Source of the DNA: Octopus vulgaris
Taxonomy: Eukaryota
Assembly: GCA_951406725.2 (NCBI GenBank)
Contig: OX597830.1
Location: forward strand, 50,282,001-50,346,000
Reading direction: 5' to 3'
Length of the DNA stretch: 64,000 nucleotides
This document shows, piece by piece, positions 24,182-38,223 of this stretch. Position numbers and translations under genes: made by a program. The notes below the pieces were generated by a model. That model saw only the letters and a program-made list of their open reading frames with translations. It searched no databases and had not been told where the DNA came from. The first letter of the stretch is position 1; every line of letters begins with the position of its first letter.

Positions 24182-24432
24182 TACAGGTGACATGAAAGCC
24201 TAAAGACAGGTGAGATGGACTGAAGACAGGTGTGACACTGGACAGAAGACAGATGAGATGCTGACTTATTACAGGTGAGAAAGTAAAGTAAACACAGGCG
24301 AGATGCAGAACAAATTACAAGTGAAATGCTGGACTGATTATAGGAGAGATGCTGGACTGATTACAGGTGAGATACTGAACTGATTACAGGTGAGATGCTG
24401 GACTATTTACAGATAAAATGTTTGACTGCTTA
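24182..24432. repeat. ~23-bp minisatellite (ACAGGTGAGATGCTGGACTGATT)
   Basis: About 10 degenerate tandem units. Reverse-complement units occur at ~26470-26545. Confidence 0.85.
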
Positions 24433-24714
24433 CTCACAGATCCAGATCCAACAGCCTGGAGGTATTTTGTTGTGTTCCCAGCTAGTTTATAATAAGTACA
24501 TAATCATCTTGGGAATTATAAATGTGATAGACTATTGTCCTATCCAGGGGCAGATTAAACATGCCTCCACTTCATATTAAGATACCAGATGCTAAGCACC
24601 CACTCTTAAACCCTCCATAGACAAGTTATTTTAAACCTTTTTCTGTCAGTGCTGCACTTAATGGAGCACTTGAAAAGTGTTAGCTTTTTAAACGTTTCCT
24701 GATATCAAAACACT

Positions 24715-25068
24715 GTTACCTTTTATTTGTTTCGGTCACTTGGACTGTGACAATGCTTGAGTAATGCCTTGAAAAATCTCCGTCAAATGCATTGAACCCA
24801 GTATTTATCTGTTTATTTTAAAGCCTGACACTCATTCTATTTCTTCTCATTTGTATATACACACAACATCAGTGGTGGTGGGGAACAAACACATACACTT
24901 ACACACACGTGATGGGCTTCTTTCAGTTTCCGTCGACCAAATCTACTCACAAGGGTTTGGTCGCCACAAGGCTATAGTAGAAGACACTTGCCCAGGGTGC
25001 TATGCAGTGGGACTGAACCAAGAACCATGTGGTTGAGAAGCAAACTCCTTACCGCACAGCCATGCCTG
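24715..25068 (-). mobile_element. SINE family B
   Basis: Head and tail match the family consensus. Confidence 0.8.
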
Positions 25069-25144
25069 TTTTGAAACAAAGGGGGCTCACATTGCATTTT
25101 GCTGCAAACGAATGCATATGCCCATGTACATCACACATATGCGG

Positions 25145-25480
25145 AGACCCCCTTCAGTCATGAATGACCATGGGTTTGCACCTAGAAAGTTACCCTCCCA
25201 GGAACAAGTCCGGGCAAGGTTGTTTATGGAAGACCAGCAGTCGTCCATGCATACCAACCTCCCCTTTCCACACCACTGATGTTATCCAAGGGAAAGGCAA
25301 AGGGGCCGATACAACTCGGCACTAGGGACGTCGCAACTCATTTCTACATCTGAGTGAACTGGAGCAACGTGAAATAAAGTGTCTTGCTCAAGAACACAAC
25401 ACACAGCCCGGTCCAGGATTCGGATTCACAACCTCACGATCGTAAGCTAGACACTCTAACCACTGAGCCATGCGCCTTCA
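25145..25480 (-). mobile_element. SINE family C variant
   Basis: Reverse complement of the 22455-22780 type. Confidence 0.88.
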
Positions 25481-25855
25481 CAAGTACATAATACATATGC
25501 ACAGGTACAATGATGTGAACCCTCTGTGAACCCACCAGTTTCTTTTCCATATTTAATTCTGATTTAACCCTTTAGGAATTCACATTATTCTGTCAAATGC
25601 AATGTTTATTTATTGAGATTGTTTAGAATTAATCATACATTATCTTGTATCTTTGAGATTTCAATGACATGACTGTTTAGTATTGAAATAACATTGTAGG
25701 ATAGGTATGAGAGGTCAGATCTCACCAGTTTCAACATAAAACAGGTAGAATATTTGGGCTGGGTATGGCCAGTTTAAAGGCTAAAGGAATAATTGAAATC
25801 AATATCACTTAAAGAGGATTTAAAGAAAATTTCATTGAAGACCATCCATTATTCT

Positions 25856-26263
25856 CTTTTATTCTTTTATTTGTTTCAGTCATTTGACTGCAGCCATGCT
25901 GGAGCACCACCTTCAGTCGAGCAAATCGACCCCAGGACTTATTCTTTGTAAGGCTAGTACTTATTCTATCGGTCTCTTTTTGCTGAACCACTAAGTTACG
26001 TGGACGTAAACACACCAGCATCGGTTGTCAGACGATGTTGTGTGTGTGTGTGGGGGGACAAACACAGACACACAAACACATATATATATATATATATATA
26101 CATATATACGATGGGCTTCTTTCAGTTTCCGTCTACCAAATCCACTCACAAGGCTTTGGTCAGCCTTGAGGCTATAGTAGAAGACACTTGCCCAAGGTGC
26201 CATGCAGTGGGACTGAACCTGAAACCATGTGGTTGGTAAGCAAGCTACTTACCACACAGCCAC
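25856..26263 (-). mobile_element. SINE family B with 34-bp TSD
   Basis: AAAGAAAATTTCATT(G/A)AAGACCATCCATTATTCT at 25822-25855 and 26264-26297. Confidence 0.92.
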
Positions 26264-27229
26264 AAAGAAAATTTCATTAAAGACCATCCATTATTCTGAA
26301 AGTTATGAGGAAACAAAGTCCATGGGTAGGGCCACACTTGAGTAGGTTCAACTTTCTAAACATTTTGGTATTTTTCTTCTTGCCCCAAATACTTGTGACA
26401 CAATTGTGGGGCATATGTGACGCATATGTGTGCCCACATTGTAATCAATCCAACAGTAAACATGACCGCAATCCAACATCTTACCTGGCTTCAGTCATCC
26501 AGTCTCTCACCTATATTTCAATCCAACATCTCACCTGTAATCAATTTGACATTATTTTCTTCGAAAATTCATAATTCTACTCATAGCATGGATGTGGATG
26601 AGCTCTGCAAAGATGTCATGTTGCCCTAAACACCACTTTCTTCAATCATGTTGCTTTCAAGGATTCCCATGACTCTCAGTCACCATCTGAGTCCATTATT
26701 AGGAATTTGTATTGAGAACTTGAGTCACAGTGAATCTTTAATTACCTGATCACACAACCATGGATGCTGCCCCTAGGGATGCGCTTCATTTACTCTCTTG
26801 ATAGATCCTGGTGATGCTGACCGTTTGGTTTTCTGGGATTCCTCCGCTCAGCATCAATGTAAGCAGCACCATTGGCTCAGTTGAGTTCTTCCGCTACCTC
26901 ATCACAATCTGCCAAGCTGAAGTCCCATGACTTCACCATATCCCTGGCAGGGTGGTAAACGGGTGCTATACTTTACCAAAGGGTATCCTGTAATGATGCG
27001 AGTACTGTGCCCTAAATACATTTCATGGATGAATGCCACCAATTCACATTACCAATGTGGAAGTATTCAATGGTGCCACAGTGATTCAGTATGGACACTG
27101 TACACTAACCTAAGAAGTGAATCTCTACAAGTGTTGTTAGACATGCTAGAGGTAACAGCCAAATCCATCTGAAATCACAACTGTTTTAAATGGAGGGATG
27201 TTAGCTAACGTCTTCCCAGGTACATTATA

Positions 27230-27558
27230 CTGGCACTCCATCGGTTATGGTGATCAGGGTTCCAGTCAATCTGATCAACGGAGCTGCCTGCTTGTGAAAT
27301 TAATCTGCAAATGGCTGAGTACTATGCAGACACATGTACCCTTAACATGATTCTCAGGCAGTTCTCAGAGAGATTCAGCATGACACAGAGTATGAAAAGG
27401 CTGGACCCTTAGAAATACAGGTAGAACTCATTTTTGCCAGCTGAGTGAACCGGAGCAACGTGAAATAAAATATTTGCTGAAAGGCACAATGCATTGCCAG
27501 GAACTGATCCTAAGATTGTGAGTCGAAAACCCTAACCACTAAGCCACGCGCATTCACA
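27230..27558 (-). mobile_element. SINE family C
   Basis: Reverse complement of the 17810-18135 type. Confidence 0.8.
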
Positions 27559-27609
27559 TTATTATGGCGAAAAGAAGAGATGGTCATGGTTGATTTGAAC
27601 TTCTTTGAT

Positions 27610-28186
27610 CATGTATGTGTACATGCAAATATACATATGTATACATGAGTGTGTCAATACACAGGTTCAAGTGTATCTACACATATATGCAAACACACAT
27701 ACACCTAAATCTAAATGCATATATACACACATATATATATAAAAATAAACACGCAAACACACACACATGCACACACATGTATATATACATACATAATTAT
27801 AAGAGTTCTTTTGCTATCCCCAGTTTTTATGGTAGACTCAAAGACAAAGAAATGTGTCATTCTAAAACGTGTGTGTATGTTTACTTATGTCTATGCATAT
27901 GTGTATAAATGTGTGTGTATTTCTATACATGAATATGCATGTGTGTGTGTGTGTGTGTGTGAAAGTATGTAAACATATATATATATATATGTTAAGTGAC
28001 TCAAAGGCTAGGTTTTATGCATGGCACTTATCAAACAAAGGACTTAGATAAGTGCTATGCATGGAACTTTCATACATACATACATATATAGTCATACATT
28101 CAGACATACATACATATATAATATATACATATATACATACATATATAATATATACATATATACATACATATATAATATATACATAT

Positions 28187-28239
<53 letters not shown>

Positions 28240-28616
28240 AGTAAATGGTGGGGTGCGTAGCATTCAATCAAATAATAATATAAATAATATATGTATACAC
28301 ACACATATATAAACATATATATATACATATGCATATATGGGTACATATTTATAAAATACAGATACATACATACATATATATACACAATACATATACATAT
28401 ATACACAATACATATACATATATATATATATATATATATATCCAATACATATACATGCATATATACATACATAATGCACATACATACATATATACATACA
28501 TACATATATATATTATATACACACACACACACTCATATATTGAGTTCAATTATTCTTGCTTGTTCTACAAAAAAAATATATATTATATAAGATATATGTA
28601 TATTTATATAGTTGTC

Positions 28617-28662
<46 letters not shown>

Positions 28663-28760
28663 TAATATGTTTGTTGCTTATATACATCAGTAAATGTGCA
28701 TATATTTATATGTATATATGCGTGCATATATGTGTATGCATGTTTGCATGTGTGCATGTC
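27610..28760. repeat. TA/CA/TG compound microsatellite region
   Basis: Low-complexity dinucleotide and tetranucleotide repeats. Confidence 0.9.
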
Positions 28761-29419
28761 CTGTGAAGTCAAATAAAACACTAAACACAACCATTAAATT
28801 GATGCAAAGATTGGAAAAAATGATCTAAAAATAAAAAGTAAAAAAAAAGACGGTGGGGGGGGGAAGAGTGGATGGTTCCTTTGCACTCCCTATCTCAACC
28901 CCATAAGCCATGGGTAGTGTCTCCCCCACCCCCAAAAGAAAGAAGGAAGTGGGTGGTGGATAGGGGAAGGGGTTGACCGAGAAAGAACCAACCAGAACAA
29001 GCTGAACCGATTCAAAGGAAGACTTTATTTCCAAAAAATGTTAGGGTTTAGGGGAAAAGGGAGTTTATGACTATAAGGTGCTGTGTAAGGGTTAGTAGGG
29101 GAGGTAGTAAGAAGGGACTGATGCTTGAGTGTGTGAGGAGATGATGGCAGTGGTAGGTACAATAATGAGGGGGTGGCATAAAAAAAATTCCCTTTTTAAG
29201 GAAGAACAGGGTAGCTGTGTTGAGAAATGACTAACACCCTTAATTGGGGGCCCCACCCTCCCCTGACTGATGTACTTTACCCAATAACTGAGATGAAGTC
29301 ATCTTTTATTCAACGGTTTACTAGTGGTGTTCATCCTTTAATTAAAGATGTGACGGTTGAATAATGAAAACAAGATGTTATGACATGCAATGCATTTTAT
29401 AAAATAATAACGATAATAA

Positions 29420-29808
29420 TGATTTCAAATTTTAGCACAAAGCCAGCAATTTTGGGGGTAGGTGGGGTAAGTTGATTAAACCAACCTCCAGAGCAAAAAA
29501 TGGTACTTATTTCATCGAATGTGAAAGGATGAAAGGCAAAGTTGACCTCGGCAGAATTTGAGCTAAAAATGATAATGATGATGATGATGATGATGATTAT
29601 TTCAAATTTTGGCACGAGGCCTGAAACTCTAGGGAAAGGGGCCAGTCGATTACATCAACCCCAGTGCTTGATTGTTGCTTATTTTATCAACCCCGAAAGG
29701 ATGAAAGACAAAGTCAACCTCGGTGGAATTTGAACTCAGAACATAGAGGTAGATGAAATACTGCTAAGAATTTCACCTGGTGTGGTAACTATTCTGCCAG
29801 CTCGCCAC
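29420..29808 (-). mobile_element. Two tandem SINE A-type copies
   Basis: gaaaggatgaaaggcaaagttgacctcggcagaatttg core occurs twice. Confidence 0.8.
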
Positions 29809-30292
29809 TTAAATAATAATAATAGATTCCTATTATTTGCTATAGGGGTAGAGATGATGAGGGGGGGGGCATTACAAGGATAGTTTAGAATTTGTGTCAG
29901 GTGAGGCTTGCATAAAAAAAAAACAAAGGGAAAAACAGCAAAAAACAATGAAATGAGATATAAGTATGCATAGTAAAGAAAATATGTGAACCCATGAATG
30001 ATGCAGTCTTCATGCTGCAGGAGAATCTCCAACTGGAACCTATCGAGGAATCCTCACAGATCCAGTATTAATAATCCTGAGTACCAGAGTCACAGGCCTT
30101 CACCCAGCTGTTGTTCTCCAATCTACAGGTAGATGCTTAACGTCGGTCCATTTGTGTCAGTCACCCACCTTTTCACAAATGGGAAAGTACTTCCTTCTCC
30201 ATTCTGTCTTTCCTTTCCATGTAGACCTTTATAAAAGTTGATGAGGGTAAGACCAAATTGAGACGTATCTTTCCTCAATATTTTCTGTCTTA

Positions 30293-30527
30293 AGGGTGGC
30301 GAACTGGCAGAGTCATTAGCACGCCGGGGGAAATACTTAGTGGTATGTCATCTGCTGTAACATTCTAGGTTCAAATCCCACTGAGGTCGACTTCGCCTTT
30401 CATCCTTTCAGGGTCGATTAAATAAGTACCAGTTATGCACTGGGATCGATGTAAGCGACTTAATTCTTTCGTCTGTCCTCATTTGTCTCTTCTATGTTTT
30501 GCCCCCTGTGGACAATAAACAAATAAA
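30293..30527 (+). mobile_element. SINE family A
   Basis: Consensus match. Confidence 0.85.
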
Positions 30528-30724
30528 TATTTTCAGCCTTGCCCACCACACAACCTTTTCTACCATAGCCACTGGACAGAGGAACACTACCTGCCTTGTT
30601 AAAGGTGAATTGTGGGGCAATACTCATAATGGGCTCAGCCAATAGTGAGATACATCCTACACATAACATCAGCTGTTTGACACAATGCTACAACTCGGTA
30701 ATGCTCAGTGAATAATAATTGCTT

Positions 30725-31615
30725 TAGAATTTGAAACAAGGCTAGCAAATATAGGGAAGTGGTGTTACTTGATTAGAACATCTCTTGCACTTGACTGATA
30801 TTTTAGTTAATTCAGCCTAAAAGAATAAAAATGTAAAGTTGACCTCAGTGGAATTTGAATGCAGAATGCAAAAATTTGCTAGAAATATTGAAAAGCATTT
30901 CGTTTTCCAGATTCTTTAACAATTCTGCTAATCTTTCATCCTAATGATAATCCTTTCTATTATTGGCACAAGGCCTGAAACTTAAGGGGAAGGGTTAAGT
31001 TGATTACATTGACCCCAGTACTCAACAGGTTCCTAATTTATTGACTCCGAAAGGTTGAAAGGTAAAGTCGACCTTGGCGGAATTTGAACTCAGACCGTAG
31101 CGACGAGTGAAATACCGCTAAACATTTCACCCATTGTGCTAATGATTTTGCCAGCTCACCACCTTATTTCATCCTATTAATAATGGCCACAGTCAAATGA
31201 CTGAAACAAGTAAAAAAGTAAAAGAGTTGACTGTGGCCATGCTGGAGCACCGCCTTTAGTTGAACAAATCGACCCCAAGATTTATTCTTTGTAAGCCAAG
31301 TACTTATATCAGTCTCTTTTGCCGAGCCGCTAAGTTACTGGGACGTAAACACACCAGCATCGGTTGTCAAGCGATGTTGGTGGGGTGGGGCAAACACAGA
31401 CACACAAACATATACACACACACACACACACATACACACACATATACATATATATACATATACACACATATATACGACGGGCTTCTATAAGTTTCCATCT
31501 ACCAAATCCACTCACGAGGCTATAGTAGAAGTCACTAGTCCAAGGTGCCACGCAGTGGGACTGAACCTGGAAGTATGTGGTTCATAAGCAAGCTATTTAC
31601 CACACAGCCACTCCT
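30725..31615 (-). mobile_element. Cluster of two SINE A and one SINE B copies
   Basis: SINE A at ~30725-30935 and ~30950-31165; SINE B at ~31228-31615. Confidence 0.8.
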
Positions 31616-31620
31616 ATATA

Positions 31621-31658
<38 letters not shown>

Positions 31659-32321
31659 TTTATATTTGTTAATCACTTTCTCTTAAAAGCTGATAAAGTA
31701 TGATTTGAGGGATATTTGGCTTCTATTTCTAGCAGACTGATAGACCACACAGGCTCTGTTGCTGATTTGATATGAATATTGACATTGTTGTTATTGTTGT
31801 TTTCTGCCCCACCACCACTCCCGTGACCACCGCCACCACCATCCACCACTGCCACAAAGACCATCATTATCAACATCATCACTACCATCACTAATATCAT
31901 CGGCACTAATACCACCACCAGCACCACCACCACCACCACTATGGGAACTGCTGCTGCCACCACCACCACCACCACCACCACAACCACCAATATGAGTCAG
32001 TGATAAATAGAACAAAAGATGTTTAGTTCTAAACAGTAGTCATGGCCTTTGTCTACCCAAGGGTGGAAACAATATGTCTGCCGCCACCACCACCACCACC
32101 AACACTACCATCACCACCACCACCATCCTCATCAGTATTACAGCCATCATCTTCATTACTACCACAACTATCATCACTACCACCACCACCACCACCACCA
32201 CCACCATATTTGGCAATACCAATGTATGTCCCACCTCCTTACACCCCCTACCATTAAACTGGACATTCATTTTCAGTGTTATTTACTATGTTTATATATA
32301 ATCACAGGATGATTTATAGGG

Positions 32322-32353
<32 letters not shown>

Positions 32354-33969
32354 CCCCTACACACCCATACTTACATATATATACATCGCAAAACCATCTA
32401 GAGACAGGTTCATAAATCTTTTATCAAAACAATATATTAGTGTGTGTGTGTATAAAGTTGGTTGTATGTGCATGCTTATGTGCATGTGTGTGTATATATA
32501 TATATGAGTGTGTGTGTCTGTGTGCATATGTATAGCATATGTGTGTGCATGTGTGTGTGTGGTGTGTATGTATGTGCGTAGATACGTGTGAATGCGTACC
32601 ATGTAGATTTTTTAAAGTAATATAGCATGTATGTGTGCATGCGTGTGTAGAAAATATATAGTATTTGTGTATATATATGTGTGTGTTTATGCAATAAGTG
32701 TGCATGTAGAAAGCGTACTGTGAATATGTACATACGTCTTTATATAATAGTGTGTATTCGTGTGTGTGTGTGTCTGTGCATATGTGTGTGTGTGTGTCTG
32801 TGTATATGTGTGTGTATGCACGGAGCAAGTGTACAGTATATGTATACGTGTATTTATATAATATAGTGCTATATTCATGTGTGCATGTGCATGAATGTAT
32901 GTATGTGTGTGTTGTGTATGTACTGTGTGTATGTTTAGCCCTAGGTTAATAATGACTGAACAGGCATATAATCAACAATATCCATCCATGACAATCCCAA
33001 CTTTCAGAGGCAGAGTTAAAACTATTTTATATAATATATCCTTCATGTAATACAATGGTTTGAGGATCATTTGGCTATTTCTAGCAAGACAAGAGATCAT
33101 ATAGAGGCATCTTTATTTGTTTATGTTGTTGTTGTTGTTGCTTTTACCCCCAGGTCAGCCATGAGGGAGCCAGCTATATTTAAACACATTAACAATGTGT
33201 CCTGTCTTTACAAAGCTAGTAGAGTGTGATCTAAGGGAGATTTGACTATTATTTTTAGCAGGCTGAGTAACTTCGATATACAGGTTCCTTTGTTAGACCT
33301 GTGAAAGAGAGAGAGAAAGAGAGAGTGTGTGTGGGTGTGTGTGGGTGTATGCGTGAGAGAGAGAGTTTAATACAGGAAGGATACAAGCATGGGTGTGGTG
33401 TGAGGTGGGAGGGTGATGGCATGAGGTGTGTGTGTGTGTGTGTGTGTGAGGGAGCAGGGAGGTGTATTAGGGGAGCCTGCTTGGCTGAATACAAAGGGGT
33501 GGCCGTGTAGGGTACATAACATAACGTTGTGCGGAGGGGAAGAGAAGGTGGGGTAGGTTTGTATATAGGGCTTGGTTTGTCAGAAAAAGAAAGAGGGGTT
33601 GCAGTAATGTTTGGTGGCAGTTGTGGTGGTGGTGGTGGTGGTGGTGGTGTGAGCAAGGAGAGGTGGAAACACGGAAGCGAGGGTAAAGTAGAGTGAAATG
33701 AGCTTAGATAAACAACTACAAATTGATACAAACATGCACATACACACATTATGAACAGGCAAAGATATGCACAGCATCATATATATATATATATCCTCAC
33801 ATTCACACACAGAGACTTGGGTGGACACAGACACAACCACAGATAACTGACAAGTTTAGTTTAGAGAAGAGACAAAGAGCACAGGGCAGGGAGACAGAGA
33901 AAGAGAACAGATCCACAAAGGAAGATATATTAAATATATCAATATCAGGGCATTATATATATATAAACA

Positions 33970-34000
<31 letters not shown>

Positions 34001-34174
34001 ACATACATACACACACACACATGTATATATATATATATGTATGTATATAGTCCATGTAGGCTAAGTAGGCCAAAACTTCGAAGTCACTATCAACACTATT
34101 CTTGTAAAAGAATGTGCATTCAACAAAAAGTATTTAGTTTAATGTAAAATTGGTTTTATTACAACAACAAACCT

Positions 34175-34227
<53 letters not shown>

Positions 34228-34236
34228 TATATATAT

Positions 34237-34440
34237 CAGGATGCCATGATAGATCGTTAGCTCCTACACGCATTTTTTTCTCTCCTTGTTTCTTTTCTGT
34301 GTATCTTTCTGTCGAAGAGCGTAGGCTCGAAACGTAAAAGACTTTTTCTATTTCTATTCCTGAGTGCTATACTAATACATTTGTTTGTTTGTACTCCACT
34401 TGCCTTTGTCTTTTGTTTATTTTCATAAACTTTCCCGTTA
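34237..34440 (+). mobile_element. ~200-bp HHR-like element within (TA)n
   Basis: Flanked by (TA)n on both sides; close reverse-complement match to 56702-56900. Confidence 0.8.
34304..34341 (+). ncRNA. Hammerhead-like motif with A6->U core variant
   Basis: TCTTT-CTGTCGA-A-GAGC(GTAG)GCTC-GAAA-CG-TA^AAAGA. Confidence 0.6.
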
Positions 34441-34459
34441 TATATATATATATGTATTG

Positions 34460-34554
34460 CAAAGCACCTTGGGCAAGTGGCTTCTACTGTAGCCTCAAGC
34501 TGACCAAACTCTTGTGAGCGGATTTTGTAGACGGAAACTGAAAGAAGCCCGTTG

Positions 34555-34589
<35 letters not shown>

Positions 34590-34805
34590 TGTTTGTGTTT
34601 GTCCCTTCACCATCACTTGACAACCAATGTTGCTGTGTTTATGTCCCCCATAACTTAGCAGTTCAGCAAAGGAGACTGATAGAATAAGTACTAGGCTTAC
34701 AAAGAATAAGTGCTGGGCTGGATTTGTTCGGCTAAAACCCCCTTAAGATGGTGCTCCAACATGGCTGCAGTCAAATGACTGAAGCAAATAAAAGAACCAA
34801 AAGAA
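34460..34805 (+). mobile_element. SINE family B, 5'-truncated
   Basis: gcaccttgggcaagtggcttctac ... gactgaagcaaataaaaga. Confidence 0.85.
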
Positions 34806-34913
34806 ACAAAACAAAGGTGTGCCAAAAGTCACGCACCAAAACATTTGACATTCTAAATGTATCTACCAACATCGACTTCGCCTTTCATCATTTTGAAGTC
34901 GATAAAATAAGTA

Positions 34914-35148
34914 TCTATTTCTTTACTACCCACAAGGGGCTAAACATAGAGGGGACAAACAAGGACAGCCAAAGGTATTAAGTCGATTACATCGACCCCA
35001 GTGCATAACTGGTACTTAATTTATCGACCCTGAAAGGATGAAAGGCAAAGTAGCCCTCAGCGGAATTTGAACTCAGAACGTAACGGCAGACGAAATAACA
35101 CTAAGTATTTCACCTGGCATGCTAACGTTTCTGCCAGCTCGCTGCCTT
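34914..35148 (-). mobile_element. SINE A inserted antisense into another SINE A
   Basis: The host SINE core is split, with AAAATAAGTA duplicated on both sides of the insert. Confidence 0.85.
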
Positions 35149-35249
35149 AAAAATAAGTACCAGTAAAACACTAGGGTTGATGTAATTGACTCATCTCCAC
35201 CCCCAAAATTGCATGGGAATCTATAGACTGTGTGTGTGTGTGTGTGATA

Positions 35250-36133
35250 TGCAAGGGGTTACCCAAAAGAAACCAGAATTTTGCAATATTATTCACTTAG
35301 TTTTACATGTTAGTACTTTTATTGCCTTCAAAGTAATCTCCGTTTGAAGCAATCCATCAATCCAGGTGCGTTTTCCACAATTTGAAGCAGTGCTGGAACT
35401 CTTGTGAAGTGATGCCTTTTTTTTAACACTTGTCATTTTTTCTTCACCTCTTCCACATCTGCAAATTCTCTAGCGCCAATTTCATAACCAGTGATGACCT
35501 TCAAAAATAGGTCTGGATCAACTTCCAACTGTTCTTTCAGTTCATGATATACATTCAGTCATGACTGCTTTTGACCTTCCTTGAGCAAGCGAGGCACAAA
35601 TTTTGCTGCAACTTTTTTCATTTGCAATTCCTTGCTCAAAACTCGTTAGCAGGAGCTCCAGAGTCATATCAACAAGTTTGTCAATTGTTTGGTGACCATC
35701 CTTCAAGATCAGTTCATGAATTTTCATGCTATTTACATTCGTTTGGGAGGTTGATGGTCGCCCTGAACAAGATTGGTCTTCAAACAACAAATGATCATTC
35801 CTAAAGCATGGAATAAACTCGTAAACTTGTATTTTGCTCATGACAGCATGCTTGTAAGCTGTGTGATGCATGGCAACTGACTCTGCTGCCGTTTTCCCCA
35901 GCAGAAAACAGAATTTCACAGAAGCATGTTGTTCCTTTGTTTCAGCCATCACAAAAATTGACAAACAGGGGAGATGCACTGCAAAACAAAGCATGCCATG
36001 TGGCAGTGCAACACCACCTGATAATACCAGTTTGCAGACTGATGCCTGAGGGTCGCATCAAGTAGCTTCTAGCAGAACTACAATGGACTTGTCCCATAGA
36101 GAATGTTTCTGGTTATTTTTGGGCACCCCTTCG
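35250..36133 (-). mobile_element. mariner transposon relic, internally deleted
   Basis: TIRs gcaaggggttacccaaaagaaaccagaa and ttctggttatttttgggcaccccttcg|ta. ORF 35542-35994 encodes a mariner N-terminal HTH (EQHASVKFCFLLGKTAAE...EDQSCSGRPSTS). Confidence 0.88.
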
Positions 36134-36171
36134 TATAATATATATTACATATGATATATTTTATATAGATA

Positions 36172-37467
36172 CAGGGTGCAATAGGTAAATTGTCGCTATG
36201 CTATTCTTTTAATTTCACGCATGCACGTTGTTTTTGATTTTGTCAACTACACAGTATAGTAGGGTCAGTTGAGCACCGTCTGTGAGATAAACAGCACCAT
36301 GACGCAATGTGCTCTGCCAGATATTTGGAAACAATATGCTGAACTGCTTGGCATTTGTGCTGGAAGCTCCAGTATTAAAAATACAGAGTGTTTGGGTGTC
36401 AATCTAAGGAGAGTGCAGAGGATTTGGAAAGACTTAGATGAGTCTAATGGTGATTATGAAAGTATGGAAGATCGGAAAACTCACTCTGATCGTTCTGATA
36501 AGAAAAGAACTAAATTCGTTGGTGAGATCCAGGCCATGATTGACAACGATCCATCCAAGTTAATCTAAGTTCATCGCCAGGGACATGGGAGTGTCTGAGT
36601 TTCTTATCGGGAAGGTAGAGCATGAAGACATTTGGTGTTCCTCATACAAGATGAAAAAGGGCCAATTTTTATCTCAAGACATCAAGGACATGAAGAAAAA
36701 CTGTGCATCAAAGCTTCTGAACAAACTCAAGCGTCCCCTCCAACCGAACATGCTTTTGTTTCTCTCAGATGAGAAAAACTTCTGCCAGAATCAGTTGGTG
36801 AATACACAGAACAACTGTTGGCTTGCTGTGTCCCCAAAACACATACTGAGAATGTTAAAAATCAAACATCCAGTCAATATCACGGTGTCTGGAGTTATCA
36901 CTAGTGATGGTGACATTATGCCTCCATTCATCTTTCCACACGGTCTTAGTCACAACATGGAGGCCTACATCAAGCGCCTAGAGGAGATAGTGCTGCCCTG
37001 GGTCAAGAGGGTGACTGCTGGAAGACTCAACGTCTAACAACAGGACTCTCTGGCATGCCACACAAGCAGCAGATCCCAGTCATGGCTGTTAGACAATTTC
37101 AGTGTCCACATCACCCCTAACATCTAGCCACTAGCTCCCCAGACTTCAATCCTGTTGACTATTATGTGCGGGGCACAATTGAGCGGTAGATCAAGAAAAC
37201 TTCTCGCAAAACCAAAGATGAACTGAAGGCAAGTATTATGGCAGCATTCAACAACTTAAACAAGGAGAAGGTCCAGAAGAGTTGCAGGAGATTTCGAAGT
37301 CGTCTGGAGGCTGTGGTTGAAGCCAATGGTGATTTTATTGAATGAATTTACTCTTCCATATTTCAAAATATTTTATGCAAGTTTGGTAAATATATCTGCT
37401 AAAATGAGATATCAGTCTTATTTCCATTTTTGTGTAATTTTGATGACAGTTTATTCACCTTACCCTG
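36172..37467 (+). mobile_element. Full-length Tc1/mariner maT (DD37D) element with disrupted transposase
   Basis: TA|CAGGGT...ACCCTG|TA, ~1.3 kb. Motifs SDEKNF, QQDS..CH and SPDFNPVDY give ~37-residue D-D spacing (across a frameshift). Stops and frameshifts are present. Confidence 0.9.
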
Positions 37468-37586
37468 TATATATATACATCTATATATATAAGTAATAAT
37501 ATAGGGTGAAATTAATTAATTTGGAATAATCATTAATTTCACCAAGTAGATTTCGGCATGTAAAAGCCTCATTCGAGGAAAGTTTA

Positions 37587-38223
37587 AGTAATACTAAGTA
37601 ATTAAGGGTTTAGCAACGATTTGCCTCACCACGCACCGAATTTAGAAATAGCAGTCAAAGAGTTATAGCTATTCTTTCTACTAAAAGGGAGATCTCAGTA
37701 AAGCCACAGCACTTGAAAGGCAAACACAGACAGGCAAGAGAGAAAGAAATGACGGCAATCTATCATACAATTTTAAGTCATACAATTTTAAGTCTTAAAA
37801 GACTTAAAATTGTATGATAGATTGCCGTCATTTCTTTCTCTCTTGCCTGTCTGTGTTTGCCTGTGTTTGCCTTTCAAGTGCTGTGGCTTTACTGGAGCGC
37901 AATGGCCTAGTGGTTAGGGCAGCGGACTCGCGGTCGCAGGATCGCGGTTTCGATTCTCAGACCGGGCGTTGTGTGTGTTTATTGAGCGAAAACACCTAAA
38001 AGCTCTACGAGGCTCCGGCAGGGGGTGGTGATCCCTGCTGTACTCTTTCACCACAATGGCGGTGCCCCAGCATGGCCACAGCTCAAGAGCTGAAACTGGA
38101 AAACATAAACATAAACATAAATCTCCCTTTTAGTAGAAAGAATAGCTATAACTCTTTGACTGCTATTTCTAAATTCGGTGTGTGGTGAGGCAAATCGTTG
38201 GTAAACCCTTAATTACTTAGTAT

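Noticed and set aside
24182-24432. CRISPR-like periodicity
   Set aside because: Tandem degenerate units without unique spacers, no cas genes, eukaryotic context.
29041-29054. Interstitial telomeric repeat TTAGGG
   Set aside because: Only two imperfect units, expected by chance.
29300-29375. Possible pre-miRNA hairpin (TATTCAAC...GTTGAATA)
   Set aside because: Large asymmetric internal loop and no known mature sequence.
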